Shown: one piece after another, positions 12,555-24,501 of the stretch
Numbering within the stretch: the stretch's first letter is position 1
Layout of the letters: each line of letters begins with the position of its first letter
Source of the DNA: Takakia lepidozioides
Taxonomy: Eukaryota > Plantae > Bryophyta
Reading direction: 5' to 3'
Length of the DNA: 64,000 nucleotides
Assembly (NCBI GenBank): GCA_030704615.1
Contig: CM060732.1
Span: 64,046,001-64,110,000 of the forward strand
Translations under genes and position numbers: made by a program
The notes under the pieces: generated by a model
What the model was told of the DNA's origin: nothing
Database searches by the model: none
The model's input: the letters and a program-made list of their open reading frames with translations, nothing else

Positions 12555-15500
12555 ATGGTGCGGCTTACTGCAGCGCTCATTTCAGCGCTACACGATGGAG
12601 AAGACCTGGCCACCATTCACACTCTTACTCTGCCACACCGCGACTTTGATCAGGTGGTTGTCGTCTCAGTAGAAACCAAATGACGGATGCTGCTAGTCTC
12701 AATGTATCGTGGTTGTGCAAGGAGGGTTTTGGGTTTTGGGATATGTAGAGAACACGCTTTTGTTCTGAAGCCAATAACGTTTATTAACATCTGTGGCATG
12801 TTTGGTGGTGGTCCTAATTCAATGAGATGTAGGGTGTGACCAGGTTGCGGGCCTGGAGGTTTGCGAGAGATTGACACGCCTGGACATCTCGGACAATCGG
12901 CTGAAAAATCTCGAGGTTTCTTTTGGCTTGTTTTGTTTGGAATTGTGGGAATATTATGCTTTCTTTCTCCTTCTGCTTGGACCTTGTAAAACAGAGCTGC
13001 TGATGAAGAAACTCGAATACATAGGCTAGAAAGATTGGCATCTCAATATGTCCTAGATTGCGGATATCTCTACTAAGTTGTGGATTTTACTTTGCAGAGT
13101 GTGTCCATGTGCACGAGCCTGAAATGGCTCTCTGTTGCAGGCAATGGGTTGAGCAGCCTAAAGGGAGTAGAATCTCTTTCCAAACTCACAGTGCGTCCAC
13201 TTTCCTTACTCCACGCTCTACATATATAAGAGGCAGGGGTTGAGAAAGACCATGTGTGGGCCAATCTAAGAAATTGGGGTCAAGTCTTTTGTCTTTCTGA
13301 AGAGAGGTGCCCGAGAGGTGGTCCTCTGCGCTGTGAGCGTTCACATAGTCAATTGCTCTAAATTAGTAATGGGGTCTCACTGGCTAGTTCTGGTGGGGAT
13401 TTTATTTGAAAATCCGAGGAAGTATATCGATTTGTGGCATTGAGCCGCTGTTACCACTTGCGATAGCGTCTTGTTAGAGACACAAGTGTTCCATTGTGAC
13501 GCGGTAGAGAATGAGCTAATTGTGGTGATGGTATATGGGTGGAGGTTCTCAATGGCAGTCGCAATGCTCTTTCGTCCATCTCTGAGGTGGCCAGCCTTGT
13601 GAACCTGCGTGCACTTATTCTCAATAGTGAGTCCACGGCCTCTGCTTTTCTTTGTTTGTAGCCCTAATGCACATCATAGTGGTCAAGGAAGAAAGAAATT
13701 TTCGTCCACAGAGAGCTTATGTAACAGAATGTTAGGTGCGTGGGCCCCCTTACAACCATGCCCCACCGCAACCCAAGAAAAACTAATTCAACATCCAGTG
13801 ATGTCCAAGTTGGATGGCCTCTGGTATATACACCACAAGGCAACAGAGAGAGTGAGAGAATGTGTTCATTAGACGGTGCTTGCTGTAGCCTTGTGGCCAT
13901 ACACCCCGAGCCCAGTTTTGGCAGTACAAGAGGGAACAGACACTACAGTTGGGAGGGGCTCACTCCAGTAGTGTGACTTACCTTCATATGAACAATTAGT
14001 TCAGGGATTCGTGATCTCCTCTAGAAAGCCTTCCACACAAGCATCAATCGGCTGTGTGTGAGCTGCCCAGCAATTAGCCCTTGGCCAGTCAGCCTCGAGA
14101 TTTTGAAAGTTGGTGAACAAAGGTGCAGGGACTACGTTCTCAATGGTCCTTAAGAGTGTCGTTCTCTGATGAGAATATCCTGGACATTGTATCAGAGATA
14201 TTGGATATATGTATGCAGAGAGAGAGAATGTCCGTTTGGTGTAGTCTTGTGGCCATAGACCCAGTCCCCAGTTTGGAGAGAGAATGTACTCATAAGAGGT
14301 TGTTTGCCGTAGCCTTGTGGAGAGAGAGAGAGAGAGAGAGAAATTAATTGACCCTTCCCTGGAAGATGTGCGACTAACTTGCAACGGTGCTCAGGAACAA
14401 CTAATTACAATGACATGCAGTTTGATTTGATTTGAACATGGTGTCAGTGCAGACAATTACATCGCTACTGTGTGCCGCCTTGATGGCCTCACCAATCTGA
14501 ACACCCTAGGTACTTGTCAAAGTCCCTCCAGTGTCCTTTACCTTTAAATGTTGGCATTGCGGCACTCCCAGTGCTTTCAGAAGATGATCTAGGGGAATTG
14601 AAAGGGGGAGAAGGGCCCTGGTTTTGTGGGAGAAGGTGGTTTTGAGTGTGGTTCATTGTATGTCTAGTGGCAGCAAGAGGTTGGGCGGTTTGAGGAAGGG
14701 GCTCTGAGACAAAGGGTGGGGTGGTTGGCAGTGTTATCACACAACCCCATTCGTGAGTTGGGAAAGTCTGCAGTCAAGCTGACATCGCTCTCAAAGGTTT
14801 GATTAAGCAGTATCATGCCTAGTTGTGCCTAGTATCAACCGCTTTCTCCTTCAGTGACCCGAGTCTCCTACTTACGGCATAAGCAGCTGGTAGACTCTTC
14901 TTCACATTTGGCAGCCTGTTTTCATATTTCAAGAGGTGTTCATGACAGCTTGTAAGATGTCTGCACAGCTTGGGGCTCTGTTTTGTGTTGCTGATAGTTT
15001 TAAGCTGACTGTTTTTGGTATGTGTGGTGCTTGTGTGCCAATGTACTGTATTGGACCAGCTTTCACTGTCACATTGTCGAATTCAGCTTCTGGGTTCCTC
15101 TCTGAAGCGTTGTGTAGCATTGGAAGAGCTTCGTCTTGCCCACAACCAGCTTTCGGTATGTAGGTCATGCTTCTAACTGGTGTGAAATCAGCCATGCATA
15201 ACTGTTATTGATCTTCATCTTTGGTAGCCAATTTGGATAATAGCTCTTTGTCGAATTCGGAGTTTATATTTGCGCATATCAACAATTCTGAGTGAGTAGG
15301 AATGCACAGTTAATGGAAGTGAAGGGGTGGTCGGCAGGAGGTGCCCAAGGACATGGAGAAGAACGGACGATTGCGAATCCTTGATCTTGGGAGCAACCAC
15401 CTGCGTAGTTGGCCTAATCTGCAGGTTTGTGATGGTCTTTCTTTGCGAACCCTTGATTATTGGTTAAGTTCTGGGGTACACGGCAAATGAGTTACACCAC

Positions 15501-16261
15501 AAATGGCCAGGGATTTTTGCATCCATAACCTGAAACATAAGTCAGACCCTGGTTGGGACACCACCATGGGTGTTTGGATGGCTTACACAGAATGGTTGTT
15601 TGGTGACAGGTGCTGGGCATTTTACACGCCTTGACGAACCTGAATTTGCGGGGCAACCCAGTTTGCTCAGAAGCTCAGTATGAGGTTGAGGTACATACGG
15701 CCCACCTGCTTTGCTTTGCCTGGTTTGGCTTCCTGTTTTTGAAATCAGGAGAACACAGTTGTAAGCAGTTTTACGTTTGTGAATCAGGTGAAAAGATTAG
15801 TACCAAAGCTGCAGATTTTGGACGGCCACCCTCTGCAACCTAATCACGAGAAGCAGCCATCATCAAAGAAAAAGTCTCCCAAGTCTACAGCGGGCTCCAA
15901 TGTGGATGGTATAGGAAAGCCAGTGAAAAAGCTGCTCAAGCGTGAAGCAGTGGAAGTCCCCGGCAGTAAACAGCTGGTTTCAGATTTCATACCTCCAGTT
16001 AAGAAGGTCAAAGTGAATGGAACCCCATCTAAGCCACAAGAAGACTCTGGTGTGGTTGCTATTATCAGTGGGAAAGTAAGAAAGCAGGCTAGCAGCTGGA
16101 AAAGCAAGCTTGGTACTGCCTTGCTGACTGGAATGGCAGAAACAGAGATCGGCCTAGGCGGCCCCTCAACATGGGATACCCCAACAGCAGTGGAGCCGAC
16201 TGACAAGACCACACTACCTAGTAAAGGCTATTCTCGTTGGCAACTGAAAAGTGCTCGGTAA
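12555..16261 (+). CDS. SDS22-like leucine-rich repeat protein with LRRcap and basic low-complexity C-terminus, about 10 exons
   Basis: Spliced LRR units: LTRLDISDNRLKNLE, LKWLSVAGNGLSSLKGV, LRALILNNNYI, LNTLVLSHNPI, LEELRLAHNQL, LRILDLGSNHL, LTNLNLRGNPV; cap VPKLQILDG. Confidence 0.85.
13853..14341 (+). repeat. Intronic dispersed repeat, three degenerate units in an LRR-gene intron
   Basis: GAGAGAATGT..TCAT.AGA.G.TG.TTGC.GTAGCCTTGTGGCCATA units at about 13853-13945, 14219-14280 and 14277-14341, ending in (GA)n. Confidence 0.75.
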
Positions 16262-17242
16262 TCCTCAGGATACGACATCCCGTGTTGTGGGACAATACAC
16301 AGCTCAGTAGAAAGCCTGAGCAACACCAAGCTGCTCTGCTGCTCCACCCTGTTCTAGTCTGAATCTATTCACCTTCTGAGAATGTTGCTTGCAAATATCC
16401 TCCGGATTGATCTCTGCACATAAGCCACAAGAGTGGTGGATACAATGTTGTAAGCTACTTTGACCCAAGGCAGAGAGTTAGAGAGAGAGAGGGACAGAGA
16501 GAGAGGTGGACTTCAGGAAGCACGCCTTTCAGATCATTCCATAGTGTTTTTTGTAAAAAGTCACATGACGTTTACTAATATGTGAATTTTGTTTTTGGTT
16601 TTTTTTTTTCTAAAGAAGGGGAGTTATTCAGACAACTATTGTCAAATAATATCAAAAAAATACATTAAAAAACAATTAGCTACATAGGAACTTGCGTTAG
16701 CTTCCAAACGAGAACTTCACTTTCCACAAGTAAAAGTGCACGACCAGCGGTTCTCAACACGGACCGGGGGTTCACTCGTAACTCCGTCCGACAGTTTGGA
16801 CGGAAGTAGACGGCTCCGACGGCGCTGCTTCAGGGGGTCCGTCGCGGACGGGCAGCTCAAGGGAAAGTACATGTTCGTGTACGCACGGATAAAAACAATA
16901 CCTAATAAATACCGAAAATACAATTTACACGCACCGGCCAATTAGTATATTGAGTGACGGGGGAGGGGCGGGTGCCAGCTCGCGACCCGGCCCGGGCGGG
17001 CCGTGCTTCGGTAGTGTCGCCGGTCCGGCGATGCAACCGAGACGGAGCGGACGTACGATGGTTTGGTGTGGAGACAGACAAAGAGGGCGTGCGTGCCTGC
17101 TGTGCTCTCTTGTGTGCGCGCCCCTGCATTAATCCCTGCAACGAAGACAAGGTGCAAGAGGAAGAAGAAGAAGAAGAAGAGGAAGAGAAGGAGGAGGAAT
17201 TATTACCGAGCTGCGGAGTAGGGAGGAGGAAGGAAGGAGAAC

Positions 17243-20072
17243 ATGGCGGCAGCTGCAGCAGCGGCTGCAGCGGCTGTGAGCGTGAGTGGCTTCACTTCGG
17301 CGTCAGGAGTGAGGGCCGTGCAAGGGCCGAGAGCACATTTGGCGTCGGCCAGGCCGGCGCAGCAGGCTGCTTTGCCCCGGCTGCTGGCAGTGTCCAGCTT
17401 CCTTGGCACGGGAGTGGATCGGGCGGGAAGTCGTGTCTCCAATGTGAGTCAGTGAGTAAGTGAGTTGAATGAATGTGTGGTCTAATAAGTGGCAGGGGCG
17501 AGAGGAAGGATGTAGGTGATAGTTGCGGTGCTTGCGAGTGCTGGCATGTGTTTGATGGACGATGATGTTTGCGATTCCTGCCAGGGGATGGCATCCCCTG
17601 GGAAGGGGAAGGTGCAGTGAATCTGTCATATACCGTTCTTCTGGGGAGGAGGTGTCGTGTTATGCAATACGGCATCTACATTTTCACAAGTTTTTCCTAT
17701 TTTATCAGTCGCGCCTTACAAGCGCTTATGGTTTCGAAGTTATAGTGCATTGGTCTGAAACTTCATGTTTGCTCAGCATGGATAGATTGGTGAGGTGGAT
17801 GCCCTACCCTGCGCTTGTGTCCAGGTTGCCGTGGATGCCAGCCCCTTGCCGACATATGCGGAGGTTGCTGTGGATGGCACACCTAACTCGGCTGCGACAA
17901 AGCTTGAAGCACCCCTTGTCCTGGACGAGGAGCCCGCCACTTCTGAGCCTCCCATTTCCGCTCCTGCTCTTGAGGCGACTGTCTCTGCGTTCATGACTGA
18001 CGTTGCTAACTTGGTCAAGTAAGTGGACTATGTGGAGTTTGTGCTCGATGTTCTTTGTTTGGATTGCAAACTTTGTTGTGATCGAACATGATCAACAATC
18101 TAAATCCTTGAAAAGTGGGGAGCAACGTATGTATGAGAAGCCTGCATAAAATCACTTTGTACTTAGTTGCCAATTACTGGCTGTGGGGATGATTCCCGAT
18201 GAGGTATATTCTACTTATCTGTTGTACTACCACTACATCTGGACAGATGTAGCAGTAGTTTATCCTTGTATGAGCAATGAATTGTAATTAGGTTTCTCTT
18301 GGTATTCAAAAGGCCCTGGTTCAATGGTTTCTGAAGTTCTGCAGATCTTGTAACATACTAAATATTGTTCTGCTAATAATACAAAAAACATAGGGACTGC
18401 TTTGTGTTCACCATGGCTTCCTCATGATGATGGTGCAGGCTTGTAGACTCCAGAGACATCGTTGAGCTAGAGCTTAAGCACAAGGATTATGAACTGCTGA
18501 TCCGCAAGAAGGAAGCCCTTCCACCTCCCCCAGCCCCTCCTCAGATGTCCTTCCCAGGCCCCCATGTCATGGCCCACACATCATTCCCGGGCTTTGCACC
18601 CCCCCCCCCCCCTCCTGCTCCTGCTGATTTGGCACCAACCCCTGCAGCTCCAGTGGCACCACCTGCTGCTGAGCATCCACCCATGCTCTCCCCTATGGCT
18701 GGCACCTTCTACCGGAGTCCTGCCCCCGGTGAATCTGCTTTTGTGAAGGTGAGCTGATAATTCTCCTGTTGTCTCTCCATTTGTGTCTCTGTCCTTCAGT
18801 GGTAAGTACATCAATTCCTGGCCATTGCAGCAATGCAAAAGGATCAGACTCCTCTGCTTGATTGCGATGCACGCTCGTCCGTTGCCACTGGCCCTGAATT
18901 TGTACAGCTTGAAAAGGGATTCTTGTATAAAGGATACGCCGACTGTTGTCTTGCACATCAACTCACCATGCATTAACATTGTGGTGGACGTTGCTGTTCT
19001 TGGATGGTTGCTTCACAGGTTGGAGACAAGATCACAAAAGGGCAAGTTTTGTGCATTGTTGAAGCCATGAAGCTGATGAACGAGATTGAGGTGAGTAATG
19101 CCCTTGGTACAGACACGGATGCAGAGAGACAAAAGAGACTGCTGTACAAGCTGGTTGGCTAGAAAAAGCACATTGTTGATTCGAGCTTTGCTGCCATAGA
19201 CAGATAGTTTGTGTGACATTGCCACCAAGAAGTTTACCACTGATGCCCAAACATAACTTGGAGCCATTGGGCAGCAAAATCTTGTTGCACTGATGCCCAC
19301 TATGCAGAATGTCTGTGCTTAAACCTTCCCTGGTAGCTGTGTCACAGCTCCCTTGGTGCTTTAACGTGGTGAATCTTCGCCACCCCATCCCATTGGATGG
19401 TTTGGTTCTCCTCTAGTGATTTTCAAATAGTTGTGTTGGCAGACTCCCTTGGAATTCTTTTTAATTGCTTTATGCATCTGTGTTTCTCAGGCTGACCAAT
19501 CAGGAACTATTCTTGACATTCTTGCGGAAGATGGGAAGCCCGTGTCTATTGAAACTGTATGCACTTCAACCTAGCTTGCCTTTCTTTGACGTTGAACTAT
19601 ATTGCTGCAAACCCTTGTGGACACAACTGCTCTTATCATTTTTATAAGCTGCCTCACGATTAATCCACTCATTTGCAATAAGAATGTCCACTGATCATGT
19701 AGAGACGATTCATGTATATTATCTGGTAGTTCGTGCATGCGTATTTGGCTGGCCCTCAAAGAGTCTTGTGAAGTCTTCTATTGGTTTGTTTGCTCAACTA
19801 GCATGTCTCCATCAAGGTGCTGCCTAATCAACAGGTGATTTAGAGGGTATTCTTTACACAGAACAGCTCCGCTTGCCTTGCTCATGGGCATTTGATTTTA
19901 TTGTCTGCATGGAAATTGGCTGGTCAAAATAAATTGTCAAGATTGCTTTCCCATATTTTGTTTGCAGGATGGCCCTGGGAGAGGAATCAATAACAAATTG
20001 AGACAGTTTACTGATAGCTTGTATGTGGTTCATGTGTGGTGCCTGCAGCCCCTCTTTGTGATCAAACCGTGA
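17243..20072 (+). CDS. BCCP: Biotin carboxyl carrier protein of plastid acetyl-CoA carboxylase, 6 exons
   Basis: Ala/Ser-rich transit peptide, K|LVDSRDIVELELK, Pro-rich linker, SPMAGTFYRSPAPGE, biotinylation motif EAMKLMNEIE, last exon PLFVIKP* (20049-20072). Confidence 0.95.
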
Positions 20073-21887
20073 AGGCAACAAAAATATCTACTCAAGTGGA
20101 ATAAGGGCATTTGCGCTCTGCCAAGCAGCAATCTGCGCACTTCAAATCTGGAACTATTTTGCCACATTACTAGTGCCACCAAATATGGTGTTGTACTGAT
20201 GTTGGTAGAAGACAGACACAGCTGTCCAACTATGATTGGTAGTCATTGACTGTGGTTAGTTGTCATTGGCTGAGGTTTGTTTTCATTGGCGGATGCTGAT
20301 TGTCGTTTACCAATCATAGTTATAAAGGGCAGGTAATTAGAGAAGATTAAAGAAGGTAATGGATTTGATTCCAGTTTATGTGGATATGTGGCTCTTCAGT
20401 ATTGTCACATAGCTATGCTAGTGAAATCTTACTTAGTTGTTTTGGTGGTAGAGAGAACTGAAGTCAGGAACTCGGGCTTCAGGTACAAGTGTTGGGAGTG
20501 AATTTTGCTGCATCTTTGGCTTTTGTGTGCACTATTGAAGGGTTTTTCTATTCACCAGTCTTGTTCAAGTCTTGTTTGAGCTGCTGCATGCATGTAGAGC
20601 AGGTTGAAGAGAGTGGAGTAGAGGAGTAATAGGTCGAGTGCGCAGATGTTCCAGGAGAGAATATTGTGTGTTTTGGGGATGCTAAATGCTATGCCAGGAA
20701 GATCTGTTACAGCTACATCAGTCCCTAAATCTTCTACTGCAGAGTTTTGGTACAGTTGGGATGTGGATAGTTTGCCCTGCATCACCAGGTATTGGGTCCA
20801 TTGATTTTGCACCGCAAGCAAGGTGCACTAGGTAGACCATTGCAGTTTTCCATTGTGAATGGCACTCATTGTTGATAGAATTCCATCTGGTGTCCAGCAG
20901 AATGTTGCCTGATGGCAGCTGGTCGAGGGAGAGTATGGCATGACAAATATGAGCAGTGATGCCTCTAGGTTGCCATACAAGAAGCTACACTTGTGTTGGA
21001 TATTATGTTATCAATTATTCCAAGTGTGTTGAAATGTAACTAATAAACACAAGCACTTGCTTGTATGGAAGCAGTGTGAAGATATTAAACAGCACTCAAC
21101 CAATAGACCATGAATGCTTATTTGTGTTCAAGAGATTATGCTGTTTGGCCCTCCAGACTTCTGCACACTTCCGTTTGTTTCAACCTCTCATTGATCCATT
21201 GTTTGTTGCAACCTCTCATTGATCGATGCCACTAGCAAAAGTGTCTTTGACTATTCTCCTTGCACCATCTAGATGTTTTCGTAACCTAGTGCGGAGGTCG
21301 GGACAACTTGGAAAATACAATCCACTGTCAAGAAATGTAAGGAAGAGGAAATGTTGGGCTGTGGGCTGTCATACAGGTTGCTAGCAAAGGAGTGAGAAAA
21401 GGAGAGAGGGAATATCCCCAACAGCTTGAAGGCCCAGATCTGTTTATTGAAGCCCATACTCCCAAGTCCATAGTCCAAGTCTCTGTATACATCTTGCATC
21501 AGTGTGTTTGCATGAAAATCTTTGACCAACGCGAGTAGCCTTCCGAACACACCTGTCATAAAGCACATTGAGCATCTCCCGCATGAAACTCAATAACCAT
21601 TGACTGGATTTTGAGGGTATTGGGCCTTACAGTCGTCATTGGACGACATGTACTATGAGCTCCCCTCCTATGGGGAGAAAGAAAGGAGGGACATGCGATT
21701 TTCCTACCAAGGAAACAAACAATGCAGAGAATGACAATCCTGGGGACACAGCTTACTCAAAGCTATACCTTTCCCTGCGGAGCACCATAAGGTCCTCCAG
21801 ATGTTCAGCCCTAAAATCAGGTGACCCCATCCTGTAACTATGAAGACCTGAGGGCGGGGGCGGCGAAACTCAAAGGTGAGAGAGAGT

Positions 21888-22888
21888 CTAAGATGATCCT
21901 TGCGGTTTCTTGAAATCAATCTTGTCCACCTTCACCTCTCCATCAACAAGCTCATACACATACACCACCACCCGCAGCCCATCAATGTCCATGAGGACAA
22001 AACTAGGGTTCACATCATATGTGATGCTGCTGTAGGCACCTGTGGCGGATCCAGGGTTGATGATCACCCCCCCTTCGTGCTTGTAGGCCTTGAACTGGTG
22101 AGTGTGCCCAGTTATGAGGATGTCAACGTCCAGCTGCCGCTGCAGCATCGCCAGCGAGTCCAGGTCTCCCCACGGAATCACCTTCAATCACACGCATCTT
22201 GTCAGTTGCGTACCAAAGGACTTGGACATTGCAACGAACAGAAGGGGATTGATGATTTTGTGAGGGTAGCGTTTCACTCATTCGAAACAGTTCAGGCGAG
22301 CACTGCAGTTGAAAGTGATTTGCTCACCGATCAGAACAAGGTCCCCGTAGAGGTTACGCACCACCCAACAGCCAGCTGAGGGATTTTACCAGCAATATAA
22401 ACACCAACAGCGATGGCTAGGGTATAGAACCTGATGGCCGTGGCAGATTCCAAGCTTGAAGGCACCAATGCTAAGCTGCTTGGTCTCCGGATAGCGCGAA
22501 TCCTCGTCGTATTCTCCCCGCGTGATGTGCACGTCCGAACACAAGGACTTCAAATAGTCATGCACTTCCTGCCCAACCCGCCACACATGCTTTCAATCGG
22601 AAGGCGCCCTAATTCTGCGACTGGCGTCTAGAGAATGTAACCTGAAATGGCCTAATTACAGTGCATGCCGACACAGAGAGAGAGAGTCTCTTGCGTCCTC
22701 GAAATTCAGGAAAGCAAACAGAGACAACTCATAGGATATGTGAAACCCAAACCCACTTTGATGCACAGGTTGCCTGGGCTGAGGATGTGCTGGATCTTCC
22801 CGGGCACCAGCATAGACTTGAATTTGGCGGGCAAATCTGCAGCTCTGTGAGGAATGTGCATATCACCCAGCGCTAGAACCAGCACCAT
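21888..22888 (-). CDS. VPS29: Vacuolar protein sorting 29 (retromer subunit), 3 exons
   Basis: [36 protein letters not shown]..|EVHDYLK..GICHGHQ|[31 protein letters not shown]. Confidence 0.97.
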
Positions 22889-23234
22889 TGTTGCTGCACT
22901 CCCTGCCCCCCTTCAACTCAACGCCTGCACACATGCATCTCTCTACGATCCCTCGCAGCCATGGCCCGCATCCAACAAGCAAACTCGCACACCAGTCGCA
23001 GCTCAACAAAGCAAAGCCCCTCTCTCACCACCGGAAGGTTTTCTTTCCCTTCCGTCTTCGTGGATATGTATAAATACATACGTCGAATCGTACACCCTCC
23101 AGAATACCCACCTATACACAGCACTTGGGTACCCCTATACAGAGGTCCCAAGTCCCAACTTCACCTCCTTAACCTTGCATCTAACCCAGGCTGGAGGTTC
23201 TAAGGTAACCGGGACATAATTGGTCCTTGGTATA

Positions 23235-23607
23235 CCACTCTGAGGGCCTTGTTGGGAGGCCCGACCGCAAAATTAGGCAGATCAGAAGAAAATGAGACTC
23301 AATTGGAGGTCGTAAAGATATTCCAAATTTTTGCCTTTGTATTTTCCGGGATCTTGTACACAAGAATTCCCCGAGGCTAGACCTTACAGGGAATTTCCCC
23401 ATTATCTTACACGGGATATGGCATCTTACGAGGGAAATTCCCTGTAAGGTCTAGCGTCAGGGAATTCTTGTGTACAAGATCCCGGAAAATACAAAGGCAA
23501 AAATTTGGAATATCTTTACGACCTCCAATTGTTCTTCTGATCTGCCTAATTTTGTTCTTCTGATCTGCCTAATTTTGCGGTCGGGCCTCCCAACGCCCTC
23601 AGAGTGG
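23235..23607. mobile_element. Foldback MITE, TA target duplication (Tc1/mariner-Stowaway-like)
   Basis: About 165-bp near-perfect inverted arms (CCACTCTGAGGGC...GCCCTCAGAGTGG) around a ~30-bp spacer; TA at 23233-34 and 23608-09. Confidence 0.85.
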
Positions 23608-24501
23608 TACAATCGTATAATCTTCTCCCCCCCTTTCCCGGTGTCCCATGACACTTGTGTTGCATCATGGGGAGGGTATAGATGTAAGAATACAAATGGG
23701 GACCTATGACATAGAATTGTACCCAAACCCTAGGCTCCAAAACCACTGCAAAATGTTGAAAAATACCGAATATGTACACTTGTGAATAAAGTGGTAGATA
23801 GGAATGCAATGCATAGTCTCGGCAGAAATCCGTGTCATAACACAAAAAAAAATTATTCAATGCATCTGCCAAAATTGCAAGATGACTACAATCGACATTC
23901 CGTCAAGTTGATACGTCACTATTCACAGCCATCTTTAGAGTGACATAATCCATACCCTCAGTTGCTGAATTCAATTGGGGCCACACTTTCTGAAACCAAG
24001 GGCGTCTCCTTTTTCAAGCAGTGTATTAGTGCACCATGGATTTGATGCACCCGCATTTGCAATATCCAACTTAAAAATCCATTGACACTAAATTTCCTTG
24101 GCATCATTGTACTTTTCAATTTACCATGGGCTGGTTTTACAAATGGTATGATGTTCCTTGGGTAAATCCATTCCTTGTTGGCAGTTCCTTCTCCTGGGCC
24201 CCTTATGGAACAAAGCAAATTGTCACAGATTGCTTGTCCTCATTCGTCCTCAAATCAGTCAAGAATCCCAAACACTGTATGATGACAACATGGGCATCCT
24301 TTGTCGTCTTGATGTAGTACGAAAGAAGCTGGGCTGAAGAGAAAACACTCCATCCCAAGACCAATCCCACCACAAAGCCAATGGTGCTGATTTGCACACT
24401 TCCATGGAACCCTATTCCCAGGGCTTTGCATCGGAAACAGACCAAATCATTTCTTGTAACCCTGATGTACCTGTGATTGGGCTTTGCAAAAAATGCTCTT
24501 T

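Noticed and set aside
16746-16762. CAGCGGTTCTCAAC as a hAT TIR upstream of BCCP
   Set aside because: No matching inverted partner or TSD was found.
16954-17463. 169-aa ORF with a poly-Glu run overlapping the BCCP start
   Set aside because: It arises from a (GAA)n/GAG tract in the 5'UTR and GC-rich sequence, starts at GTG, and has no recognisable motif.
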